Source: Nanobdellota archaeon
Lineage (GTDB): Archaea > Nanobdellota > Nanobdellia > Tiddalikarchaeales > Tiddalikarchaeaceae
NCBI GenBank assembly: GCA_016931175.1
Contig: JAFGFH010000008.1
Location: 18,477 to 82,476, forward strand
Direction: 5' to 3'
Length of the DNA stretch: 64,000 nt
Below the pieces are notes generated by a model. The model made no database searches. It saw nothing but the letters and a program-made list of their open reading frames with translations, and was not told where the DNA came from. The stretch's first letter is position 1. Each line of letters opens with the position of its first letter. Made by a program: the position numbers and the translations under genes. Below, piece after piece: positions 56,771-64,000 of the stretch.

Positions 56771-57597
56771 ACCATATTTCTTAATCTCTTAATATTCCTG
56801 GCATAGATTGGGTCATTCTCACTCTTGGGTCTGAGTTCCATGTAACCCGGCGTCTTAGCAAAACGCTTGTCATTCACTAATTTTTTGAAGAAACCGCTGC
56901 CTATCTTACCCTCTCCTATCTCCTCGTGACGGTCGTGCTTGGAGTTAAATCCGTACTGGCTGTCATTAAGGTGGAAGCAAACCAATTTTTTTAATCCGAT
57001 TATTTTGTCAAAACTCTTCCAAACACCCTCGTAATCATTAACAATATCATAACCTGCGCTGAAGGAGTGGCAGGTGTCAAAACAAACCCCTATTCTCTTC
57101 TTATTACTTACTAATTTAATTATGTCACGCAGTTCTTCAAACGTGCTTCCTACACTATTACCCTGGCCAGCCATGCTCTCCAATAATAACATTACTTTGA
57201 AGCCTTTAGTCTTGTCAAATGCTTTGTTAATGCTGTCAGCAACAAGACTTATCCTGTTCTTGTCAGCGCTGAAACCAGGGTGCAATACGACTCCCATTAA
57301 TCCTAATTGCTCGGCGCGTTCTAACTCAACTGTTAAGTAATCAACAGCTTTCGCGAGCTTCTTAGCGTCAGAGTTAGCAATGTTTAACAAATACATAGCG
57401 TGGGAGACGTTAGGTTCGAGTTTAGTATCAGATTGTGCGTCCTTGAATTTTTTAATCTCTTTCTCCTTCAAAGGTTTCGCATTCCACATCCTCGGACTCT
57501 TGGTAAAGACTTGAATGCAGTCGCAGTCATCCTCTTTTCCTCTAAGAAAAGCCTTATAATAACCCCCGCTTGTTGACTCGTGAGCGCCTAATAACAT
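56764..57597 (-). CDS. nfo: Endonuclease IV (AP endonuclease family 2)
   Basis: N-terminal LGAHES..GG, conserved His/Glu/Asp metal ligands (HAMYLLN, LESMAG, GVCFDTCH, HLNDS) of the Nfo TIM barrel. Confidence 0.8.
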   Translation of the reverse strand: MLLGAHESTSGGYYKAFLRGKEDDCDCIQVFTKSPRMWNAKPLKEKEIKKFKDAQSDTKLEPNVSHAMYLLNIANSDAKKLAKAVDYLTVELERAEQLGLMGVVLHPGFSADKNRISLVADSINKAFDKTKGFKVMLLLESMAGQGNSVGSTFEELRDIIKLVSNKKRIGVCFDTCHSFSAGYDIVNDYEGVWKSFDKIIGLKKLVCFHLNDSQYGFNSKHDRHEEIGEGKIGSGFFKKLVNDKRFAKTPGYMELRPKSENDPIYARNIKRLRNMVQ

Positions 57598-57784
57598 GAT
57601 AAGATAAGATTCTGATAAGATTTATATACTTATTTTTTTTTCTTTTTATTATGCTATGAGTTTATTTGAACTGCTTGACACTGAAAAGTATGACATGAGC
57701 GGGGATGTGAAGAGGAAGATGGAGTTAACTTCATTGCAAGCACGTCACCATTTGCCATAGCTCCTGGAGTGCAGGCAGCAAATA

Positions 57785-57967
57785 ATGTTAATCTGGGAAG
57801 AGTTTGAAACTGCAGGAATAGTCCTTGGTTCAGTATTGCATTATGAGGAGCACATACTTCCTGCAGCAAAACTTTCAAGTGAGGTGCTGGCAGTGCTTAA
57901 GGAATGGAAGTTCGACCACACTGGCTGGGGAGAGAAGCACGGATTCCCAAGGATAAAGAAGGATTAA
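57785..57967 (+). CDS. Small hypothetical protein (60 aa)
   Basis: ORF with protein-like composition. A 34-codon ORF from 57656 ends at a TAG 27 nt upstream in the same frame. Confidence 0.25.
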   Translation: MLIWEEFETAGIVLGSVLHYEEHILPAAKLSSEVLAVLKEWKFDHTGWGEKHGFPRIKKD

Positions 57968-58004
57968 AAAAGTTTATAAATAGAATAATGTAGATATTGG
58001 ATTT

Positions 58005-58823
58005 ATGCTTAGAGAAGAGTTTGTTCAAAGATTTTTGGAATACTCAGCTAAGACTGCAAAATTAAGTAAGGAAAACTCTGATTTTCCAGACCCGCAGATT
58101 ATACCTTACTCTCTGGCTTTCAAGAAAGAGATTAAGGATTACTTTAAAGACAAGATTACTGATGTGCGTCCAGTAATTGAAAGAGTTATCAAGGAAATAA
58201 GCAAGGTTGATTTTAGCAAAGAGATTAGTGACTATGATTATTTAAGGGTTGAAACTTTAGTTAATCTATCATTAAAGAATTTATTATTCAAAACTTACAA
58301 TTCTTTAGATTGTAACATATTAGTTGATGAAGAAAAGGTTAAGAACGCATTATTTTTAGAGGAAGTTATAGCAAATAATAAGGAAGTTGATGATGAAGTA
58401 TTAAACAATTTAGGTTTCAAAAACTTACCTAGTTTGGTGAAAACATTGAGCTCGTACGCTATTACTGCAGATATACCTGAGACAGCAAAGGATCACGTAG
58501 TTAATATTGCCGGATTAACATTATTCTCTAGTTTTATAGGTATGTTTGCATCCATACCTTTTTTCGTATACGCTTATATTAAAAACGCTTTAACATATGA
58601 GTGTTCAAGAGATTCTTTAGGTGTTTTCGGGTGCCACCCTACTCCTGAAACAATTCCATTAAATAATTTTCTGGCTGCGACGGAGCCAGGTCCTACAATA
58701 TTGCTTACTTCTGCAGTAGCACTTTTTGCTTCAGGCTTAATCATGGCTGCACTTGCAAAAAATATGAAGAAAGATAAATTCTTAGTCTCTGCAGCAAAGG
58801 TTTATGCTAATAAAAATAATTAA
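58005..58823 (+). CDS. Hypothetical protein with C-terminal transmembrane segments (272 aa)
   Basis: Soluble N-terminal half and two hydrophobic helices near the C-terminus. Confidence 0.35.
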   Translation: MLREEFVQRFLEYSAKTAKLSKENSDFPDPQIIPYSLAFKKEIKDYFKDKITDVRPVIERVIKEISKVDFSKEISDYDYLRVETLVNLSLKNLLFKTYNSLDCNILVDEEKVKNALFLEEVIANNKEVDDEVLNNLGFKNLPSLVKTLSSYAITADIPETAKDHVVNIAGLTLFSSFIGMFASIPFFVYAYIKNALTYECSRDSLGVFGCHPTPETIPLNNFLAATEPGPTILLTSAVALFASGLIMAALAKNMKKDKFLVSAAKVYANKNN

Positions 58824-59749
58824 ATCTTTTCTTTTACTTTATCTATTATCTCCTTCTCACTCTTGCATTTGCCAATCTCATCTCTTAACTTTCTCGCACC
58901 TTTAATTCCTTTAACGAGCCAGGCAGAATGGTTTCGCAGCTCGCTTAAATTATAATTCTCCTCATACTCTTTGTATAATTTAATAAATTGAAGAATTAGT
59001 TTTAACCTCTCCTCTTCACCGTGCTTTACTGGTTCATTATTCATTAACAATACGCTGTCTTTGAAGATGAAAGGGTCACTCATTGCAGCCCTTCCAATCA
59101 TCACAGCATCACACCTAGTTTTTTCAAAACAATTCTTTACATCATTTGCTGTTAATAAGTCCCCGCTGGCAATTATGGGAGTCTTCGATGCTGATTTCAT
59201 CTTAGCAATAACCTTCCAATCAGCGGGTGTGCCGTAGCCCTGCACTGCAGTCCTCGCGTGCAAAGTAATGAAGTCTAACCCTAAATTATCCACCTCTTTT
59301 AATACCTTCAAACTCTCATCCTTGTTCCAACCCATTCTAAGTTTAACACTGACAGGAACAGGCGAGTATTTTATCATTGTCTTAACTATCTTCTTCAATA
59401 AAGGCAAGTCTTTCAAGAGTGCTGCACCATTACCGTCTTTTATCTGGTCAATGCTGGGGCAGCCAGCGTTCAAGTCAACAACGTCGCAATTACTAATATT
59501 CTCAACGCATTCTTTGAAATCATTCGGTTCGTGGCCGATGAATTGCACTAGTAACTGTTTTTCTTCTTTATACCACTTGAAATCTCCTCTGTTATTAATG
59601 TAAGAATGAGTGTTTATCATGGGAGTGCTTACTAATCCTGCACCATACTCTTTGCATAAGATTCTATAACTCGGGCAGTTAACGTTATCCAACGGTGCGA
59701 GCCAGACATTATTCTTTGTCTTAATCATAGAATTTAAAAGGCAATACAT
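58820..59749 (-). CDS. tRNA-dihydrouridine synthase (Dus family)
   Basis: Dus motifs: LAPL...N, DLNAGCP, VSVKLR.G, TLHARTA, GRAAM. FMN TIM barrel. Confidence 0.8.
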   Translation of the reverse strand: MYCLLNSMIKTKNNVWLAPLDNVNCPSYRILCKEYGAGLVSTPMINTHSYINNRGDFKWYKEEKQLLVQFIGHEPNDFKECVENISNCDVVDLNAGCPSIDQIKDGNGAALLKDLPLLKKIVKTMIKYSPVPVSVKLRMGWNKDESLKVLKEVDNLGLDFITLHARTAVQGYGTPADWKVIAKMKSASKTPIIASGDLLTANDVKNCFEKTRCDAVMIGRAAMSDPFIFKDSVLLMNNEPVKHGEEERLKLILQFIKLYKEYEENYNLSELRNHSAWLVKGIKGARKLRDEIGKCKSEKEIIDKVKEKI

Positions 59750-59763
59750 TGTTTTAATAATTT

Positions 59764-60675
59764 ATGAAGCGGACTGAAATAATAGTGCTTGGAACAAGCA
59801 GCCAGTTCCCAACCAAGGAGAGGAATCACTCAAGCATATTCTTGAGGTTTGACAAGTTCCAGGCATTGTTTGACTGCGGGGAGGGAACGCAGCGCCAGAT
59901 GCGCATACTCAAGCTTAGTCCGCACCACGTTGACGCAATATTCATCAGCCATTGGCATGGGGACCACACTCTCGGCATAGGAGGCATCTTGCAGAGCTTG
60001 AGTGCTAGCAAGAGGGAGAAAGGTTTGGAAGTCTTCGGTCCAGAGGGTACTAAGGAGAGGATTGATCACATAATGCAGACTTATTACTTCAAGAGAACCT
60101 TCCCTGTTCACGTTCACGAGTTTAAACCAAGAAAAGAGCAGACAGTGTTGGAGAATAACTTGTTCAAGATAAATTGCTTCCCTTTAAGGCACGGCATACC
60201 CACGATTGGTTACAGTTTCATAATTAAACCTGTTCGTAAGATTAACCTGGAATATACCAGGAAGTTTGGCCTGGAAAAAGACAGGATTCTTGGCAAGCTT
60301 CAGAAAGGAGAAGATATTGTTTACAAAGGCAGAAAGATAACAGCAGGCAAAGGAACTTACTTGGAAGAGGGTAAAAAGATTACTTACATAATAGACACTA
60401 GATTCCATGAAGAATTAATAAGTTACGCTAAAGACAGCGACTTACTAATATGCGAGGCTACATTCTGCGAGGAAGACGCTGAGAAGTGCAAAGAGTTCAA
60501 CCACATGAGCACAACGCAAGCTGCCACTATTGCCAAGAAGAGCAAGAGCAAAAGATTACTATTAACTCATATAAGCCAGAGGTATTACAGCCACGAGAAG
60601 TTAGAAGACGAGGCAAAAAAAGTATTCCCAAACACCAAGTACGCGAAAGACTTTGACCACTTGGAGATTAAGTAA
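59764..60675 (+). CDS. rnz: Ribonuclease Z (tRNA 3' endonuclease, metallo-beta-lactamase fold)
   Basis: ILGTSS..P...R..S......LFDCGEGTQ and the HxHxDH zinc motif (SHWHGDH). Confidence 0.8.
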   Translation: MKRTEIIVLGTSSQFPTKERNHSSIFLRFDKFQALFDCGEGTQRQMRILKLSPHHVDAIFISHWHGDHTLGIGGILQSLSASKREKGLEVFGPEGTKERIDHIMQTYYFKRTFPVHVHEFKPRKEQTVLENNLFKINCFPLRHGIPTIGYSFIIKPVRKINLEYTRKFGLEKDRILGKLQKGEDIVYKGRKITAGKGTYLEEGKKITYIIDTRFHEELISYAKDSDLLICEATFCEEDAEKCKEFNHMSTTQAATIAKKSKSKRLLLTHISQRYYSHEKLEDEAKKVFPNTKYAKDFDHLEIK

Positions 60676-63072
60676 TTATAATACGGTTATGTCATTATCT
60701 GTTTTCTTTGTTACCATGCTGTCAAGTAATAGTTTGTGTTCTACTTGTGCTACTAATTCTCTGGTTCTCTCGATTACGTCAGGATTAACGCTTATCTTGT
60801 CAATACCGCACTTCACTAGGAACCTTGTAATCTCAGGGTAAACACTTGGCGCCTGGCCGCAGATACTTGTCTTAACATTAAAGCTTCTGGCAATCCTGAT
60901 TGTCCTCTCCAAACACCTGAGCACTGCCTCGTTGCGTTCATCAAACCATTCTCCGAGTTTCCCGTTGTCACGATCAACACCTAAAACGAGTTGGGTTAAG
61001 TCATTGCTGCCTATTGAGATGAAGTCAATACCCATCTCGCAGAACTTGTCAATTAAAATAACACTGCTCGGCACTTCAATCATTATTCCAATCTTCATCC
61101 CAATATTCTTCATTCCTTCCTCTTCAATAATCTTGAATATCTTTTCTAATTCCCAAGTGTTCCTGACAAAAGGAATCATAAGTTCAACATTAGTCATGCC
61201 GTAAGTGTCCCTAATCTTCTTCAAAGCCCTTAATTCCAACCTGAATGTTTCAACATACTCAGGGCTCACGTACCTGCTCGCACCCCTCCAACCAATCATT
61301 GGATTCCTCTCCTCAGGTTCGAACTCAGCACCGCCAGGCAAGTCCCTGTACTCATTAGTCTTGAAATCAAGCGTCCTGTAAGTTACAGGCCGTGGATTCA
61401 TAGCTCTTGCTACCTTAGCAATATCCTTGGCGAATTTGTCAACGAACTCTTCACCCCTGCCTTCCTTGATTAACGCGCTAGGGTGAATATTCAACTCTGC
61501 AGCAATGAACTCCGCACGCAAGAGTCCTACTCCGTCAACGTCCCTGTGAGCAACCTTGTCTATAAGTTCAGGACTGCTTAAGTTAACATGAATCTCTGTG
61601 CCAGTAGAAATCTTCCTGTAAAAGCTTGAAGTTGAACTAACACTAGCAGATGTAATTACTGGTTCCGCACTGCTTAATACTTCTTCACTCTTGCCTTTAT
61701 ACACGACGCCGTTAGTAGCGTCAAGAGTAATCTCATCACCGTCATTTAACTTCTTTGTTGCCTCATTAGTTCCAACAATGCAGGGAGTGCCTAATTCTCT
61801 GGAAACAATAGCAGCGTGGCAAGTCATGCCCCCCTCGTCAGTGATTATACCCGCAGCGCGTTTCATAGCAGGCACCATGTTAGGGTCAGTCATTTTAGTA
61901 ACTAATATGTCTCCTTCTTTTACTTTATCCAATTCGCTCACGCTTTCTATCTTAACAACTTTGCCTGATGCTACACCAGGACTAGCTCCGAGACCGTGAA
62001 GAATCACTTCACCAGACTCTTTCATAGCAGAACTAACTGTTTCAGTCTTAATATTTTTCAAAGTAGTTACAGGCCTTGACTGCACGATGTAAATCTTGTT
62101 CCTCTCAACAGCCCATTCAATATCCTGAGGGAAATCATAATGGTCCTCAATATTCTGGATAATCTTTGCCAATTTAATAATATTAGAATCGAACAATACC
62201 TGGCTGTCCTGTATCTTGTCAGGAACCTTAACCCAGTCAGTGGTTCCAGTCTCTGTTCTCACAAGCTTCCTAGTCTGCTTCTTAATCTGCTTGTCCTTGA
62301 TTGAAAAATCCTTCTTGTTAACAAAGTACAAGTCAGGATTAATCTCACCCTTAACAATAGCTTCACCCAAGCCGTAACCTGCCTCTATAATAATCTCTTC
62401 CTTGTTGCCAGTGCTTGGATTAACACTGAAGGCAACACCGCTGACTTCGCTCTCAATCATCTTTTGAACAACGACTGCAATCTTAACCTTCATGTGAGGG
62501 AAGTTATTCTTCTCCCTGTAATAAATAGCCCTTGCAGTGAACAAGCTCGCCCAGCACATCTGAACGTGTTTTATAACATCAGGTCCTCCCCTGATGTTAA
62601 GAAAAGTTTCCTGCTGTCCGGCAAAGCTCGCGTCAGGCAAGTCCTCAGCAGTAGCACTGCTCCTGACAGCAACTAATGGAGAATCCCTGCCACTCTTAAT
62701 AATCTCACTAGTAGCAGTATTAATCTTGCTTGAATAATTACCCAACTTCATCTGCTCGTAAGCGTCATTAATAGCTTTAGCAATATCCTCAGGCATCTTC
62801 TCCCTAACTATTGCTTCCTGAACCTTCCTCGCAGCGTTCTGCAACTGGTTATTATCCTCAATATTCAAATCCTTCATAATCTCAGTAATCTCTTCCTTCA
62901 AACCAGTATCAGTAACGAACTCCCAGTAAGAATCTGCAGTGACAACAAATCCTGGAGGCACTGGGAAACCAGCCTGAAACATCTCACCAAGATTAGCACC
63001 CTTGCCTCCTGCAATAGGCAAACTCTTCTTGCTTAACTCGTTAAACCATTTAACAAAATCAACCATTAACAA
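60676..63072 (-). CDS. ppsA: Phosphoenolpyruvate synthase (pyruvate, water dikinase)
   Basis: 798 aa. N-terminal ATP-grasp (GGKGANLGEM), phospho-His domain (GGMTCHAAIVSRELG), C-terminal PEP-utilising TIM barrel. Confidence 0.9.
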   Translation of the reverse strand: MLMVDFVKWFNELSKKSLPIAGGKGANLGEMFQAGFPVPPGFVVTADSYWEFVTDTGLKEEITEIMKDLNIEDNNQLQNAARKVQEAIVREKMPEDIAKAINDAYEQMKLGNYSSKINTATSEIIKSGRDSPLVAVRSSATAEDLPDASFAGQQETFLNIRGGPDVIKHVQMCWASLFTARAIYYREKNNFPHMKVKIAVVVQKMIESEVSGVAFSVNPSTGNKEEIIIEAGYGLGEAIVKGEINPDLYFVNKKDFSIKDKQIKKQTRKLVRTETGTTDWVKVPDKIQDSQVLFDSNIIKLAKIIQNIEDHYDFPQDIEWAVERNKIYIVQSRPVTTLKNIKTETVSSAMKESGEVILHGLGASPGVASGKVVKIESVSELDKVKEGDILVTKMTDPNMVPAMKRAAGIITDEGGMTCHAAIVSRELGTPCIVGTNEATKKLNDGDEITLDATNGVVYKGKSEEVLSSAEPVITSASVSSTSSFYRKISTGTEIHVNLSSPELIDKVAHRDVDGVGLLRAEFIAAELNIHPSALIKEGRGEEFVDKFAKDIAKVARAMNPRPVTYRTLDFKTNEYRDLPGGAEFEPEERNPMIGWRGASRYVSPEYVETFRLELRALKKIRDTYGMTNVELMIPFVRNTWELEKIFKIIEEEGMKNIGMKIGIMIEVPSSVILIDKFCEMGIDFISIGSNDLTQLVLGVDRDNGKLGEWFDERNEAVLRCLERTIRIARSFNVKTSICGQAPSVYPEITRFLVKCGIDKISVNPDVIERTRELVAQVEHKLLLDSMVTKKTDNDITVL

Positions 63073-63147
63073 AAAAATAGTTACTCATTATTTAAAACTC
63101 TTACCAAAAGAAAAGTTTATAAGCAGAATTTTGTGATAAGTTAGTTC

Positions 63148-63402
63148 ATGGGAGAGAACATATTGTACATGTGCAATCATTGCAAGAAGATGCATAAGTT
63201 TCCTAAGAGTGTTTTAGAAAATGTTCCTGAAACGCTTGACGGAGACTACGTAATCAAGGTTGACTGTTCCAGAGGTTCCTGCGGTTTGTATTTTAAGAAC
63301 ACTGCTGACTTAAAATCTGGTTTTCCAACAATTGTAAGGTCTTTAGACAGGTTGGAAGCAATGATTGCTGATGAGAAAGTTTCACCTGAGAGTGTAAACT
63401 AA
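63148..63402 (+). CDS. Small Cys-containing protein, tandem paralog 1 (84 aa)
   Basis: Y.C..CKK.HK...... Y.I.VDC..G.C..YF pattern, shared with the next ORF. Confidence 0.35.
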   Translation: MGENILYMCNHCKKMHKFPKSVLENVPETLDGDYVIKVDCSRGSCGLYFKNTADLKSGFPTIVRSLDRLEAMIADEKVSPESVN

Positions 63403-63436
63403 AACTTTTTTAATTAATTGTTAATTTTATAATCTC

Positions 63437-63649
63437 ATGAGCGACGTAGTCTTTTTTTACAACTGCACTTACTGCAAGTTAGAACACAAGAAAAGAATCC
63501 TTTTATCTGATTTTAATGAAATTCTTAGTCTTGGCAGGAACAGTTACGAGATTAGTATTGTTCCTGACTGTGATAAAGAGAAACAGGTTAATTTATACTT
63601 TAATTCAAAAGAATGCCTGCGTCAGGGATTAGCAACCATATTAGAATAG
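63437..63649 (+). CDS. Small Cys-containing protein, tandem paralog 2 (70 aa)
   Basis: YNCTYCKLEHK...YEISIVPDC...YF aligns with paralog 1. Confidence 0.35.
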   Translation: MSDVVFFYNCTYCKLEHKKRILLSDFNEILSLGRNSYEISIVPDCDKEKQVNLYFNSKECLRQGLATILE

Positions 63650-63650
63650 A

Positions 63651-64000
63651 TTATTTTGCTTTCTCTGCAGTCTTCTCAGGAGCTTCCTTCTTGCTGACTT
63701 CAACGTAAGTCTTAACAGCTAGTTTGCAGCTCGCCTTTCTTAATGCTTCGCGTGCAACCTTTTCCTTAATTATTGGAAGCTCTATGTACATAAGCTCCTG
63801 TCCTGCTTTTATTCTTGCTGCAGTATTTGTTGGTTTTCCGTAAGACTTTGCCATACCTGTACTGTAACGGTCAGCTCCTGCTCCCATCGCGATAGGATTT
63901 ATTCTTACAACGTGGTGAGGGAAGATTTTAATCTTGAAATGAAAACCAGTTGGTTTGCTGAAAATCTTCATCAAGTACTTATTAGCAGTCTGCCTAGCAG
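63651..64000 (-). CDS. rpl10e: 50S ribosomal protein L10e (uL16), C-terminal part; gene continues past the window end
   Basis: KIFPHHV.R.N.....GADR...GM...GKP...AAR...GQ..M L10e/L16 core. The minus-strand frame stays open to position 64000. Confidence 0.75.
   Translation of the reverse strand, partial: ARQTANKYLMKIFSKPTGFHFKIKIFPHHVVRINPIAMGAGADRYSTGMAKSYGKPTNTAARIKAGQELMYIELPIIKEKVAREALRKASCKLAVKTYVEVSKKEAPEKTAEKAK

Noticed and set aside
57656-57967. Amber (TAG) read-through or pyrrolysine-type recoding joining a 34-codon and a 60-codon ORF.
   Set aside because: TAG is used as the terminator of several confident genes here (for example the 9354-11366 gene ends with TAG at 11364-11366). Standard stop usage fits the window, and no Pyl machinery is visible.
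1-64000. Antisense or shadow ORFs from the six-frame track (for example 354-560, 1279-1578, 2072-2371, 5601-5993, 6957-7280, 22069-22506, 27140-27952, 30751-31089, 32895-33251, 59826-60117, 61691-61999).
   Set aside because: Each lies entirely inside a longer, motif-supported gene on the opposite strand or in another frame. They have low-complexity Ser/Leu/Ile-rich compositions typical of shadows in AT-rich coding DNA.
1-64000. CRISPR arrays, transposases, integrases or other mobile-element hallmarks.
   Set aside because: No regularly spaced direct repeats of 25-40 nt, no transposase, integrase or recombinase-like ORFs, and no long terminal inverted repeats were seen. The tRNA-flanked orphan block at 48.9-54.8 kb is the only island-like region, and it lacks an integrase.

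Overview
This is an AT-rich (roughly 35% GC), gene-dense archaeal chromosomal window. Most genes have 4-nt or 1-nt start/stop overlaps and archaeal TATA-like promoters (TTTATA type) about 25-30 nt upstream of start codons, which suggests largely leaderless transcripts. On the minus strand, 1158-8621 carries the classic archaeal exosome-proteasome-RNase P superoperon: rnp3(Rpp30) - [two unknown ORFs] - rnp2(Pop5) - psmA - SBDS - rrp4 - rrp41 - [FAU-1-like RNase] - rrp42 - rpoK - rps2. Other information-processing genes are a class II LysRS, TFE, Elp3, an ATP-dependent DNA ligase, FtsZ, Pelota, tRNA-dihydrouridine synthase, RNase Z, Nfo, PEP synthase and ribosomal proteins L40e and L10e. Both indirect aminoacylation systems are present: gltX-gatD-gatE (Gln route) and a separate gatC-[52-aa ORF]-gatA-gatB-[Zn-ribbon] operon (Asn route). 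There are four tRNA genes: Gln-UUG, Glu-CUC, Leu-UAG, and an unusual Thr with an apparent A34 anticodon (AGU). The most notable unexplained signals are listed here. First, three tandem hairpins with a conserved loop UCGCCAAA and covarying stems lie in the ftsZ/gltX divergent intergenic region. Second, a GC-rich compound hairpin element starts 7 nt after the ftsZ stop. Third, a block of lineage-specific paralogous hypothetical proteins is followed by two tandem paralogous radical-SAM (CX3CX2C + GGE) proteins with Cys-rich C-termini, bounded by tRNA-Leu and the odd tRNA-Thr; this is a candidate peptide/protein-modification system or island. Fourth, two uncharacterised ORFs with their own promoter are inserted between rnp3 and rnp2 in the otherwise conserved superoperon. 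Gene content (short Rpp30, GatDE plus GatCAB, class II LysRS, a transglutaminase-like surface protein, many orphan ORFs) suggests a small-genome, possibly DPANN-like archaeon; this is inference. All protein identifications rest on motifs I recognise by eye, and no database search was possible.
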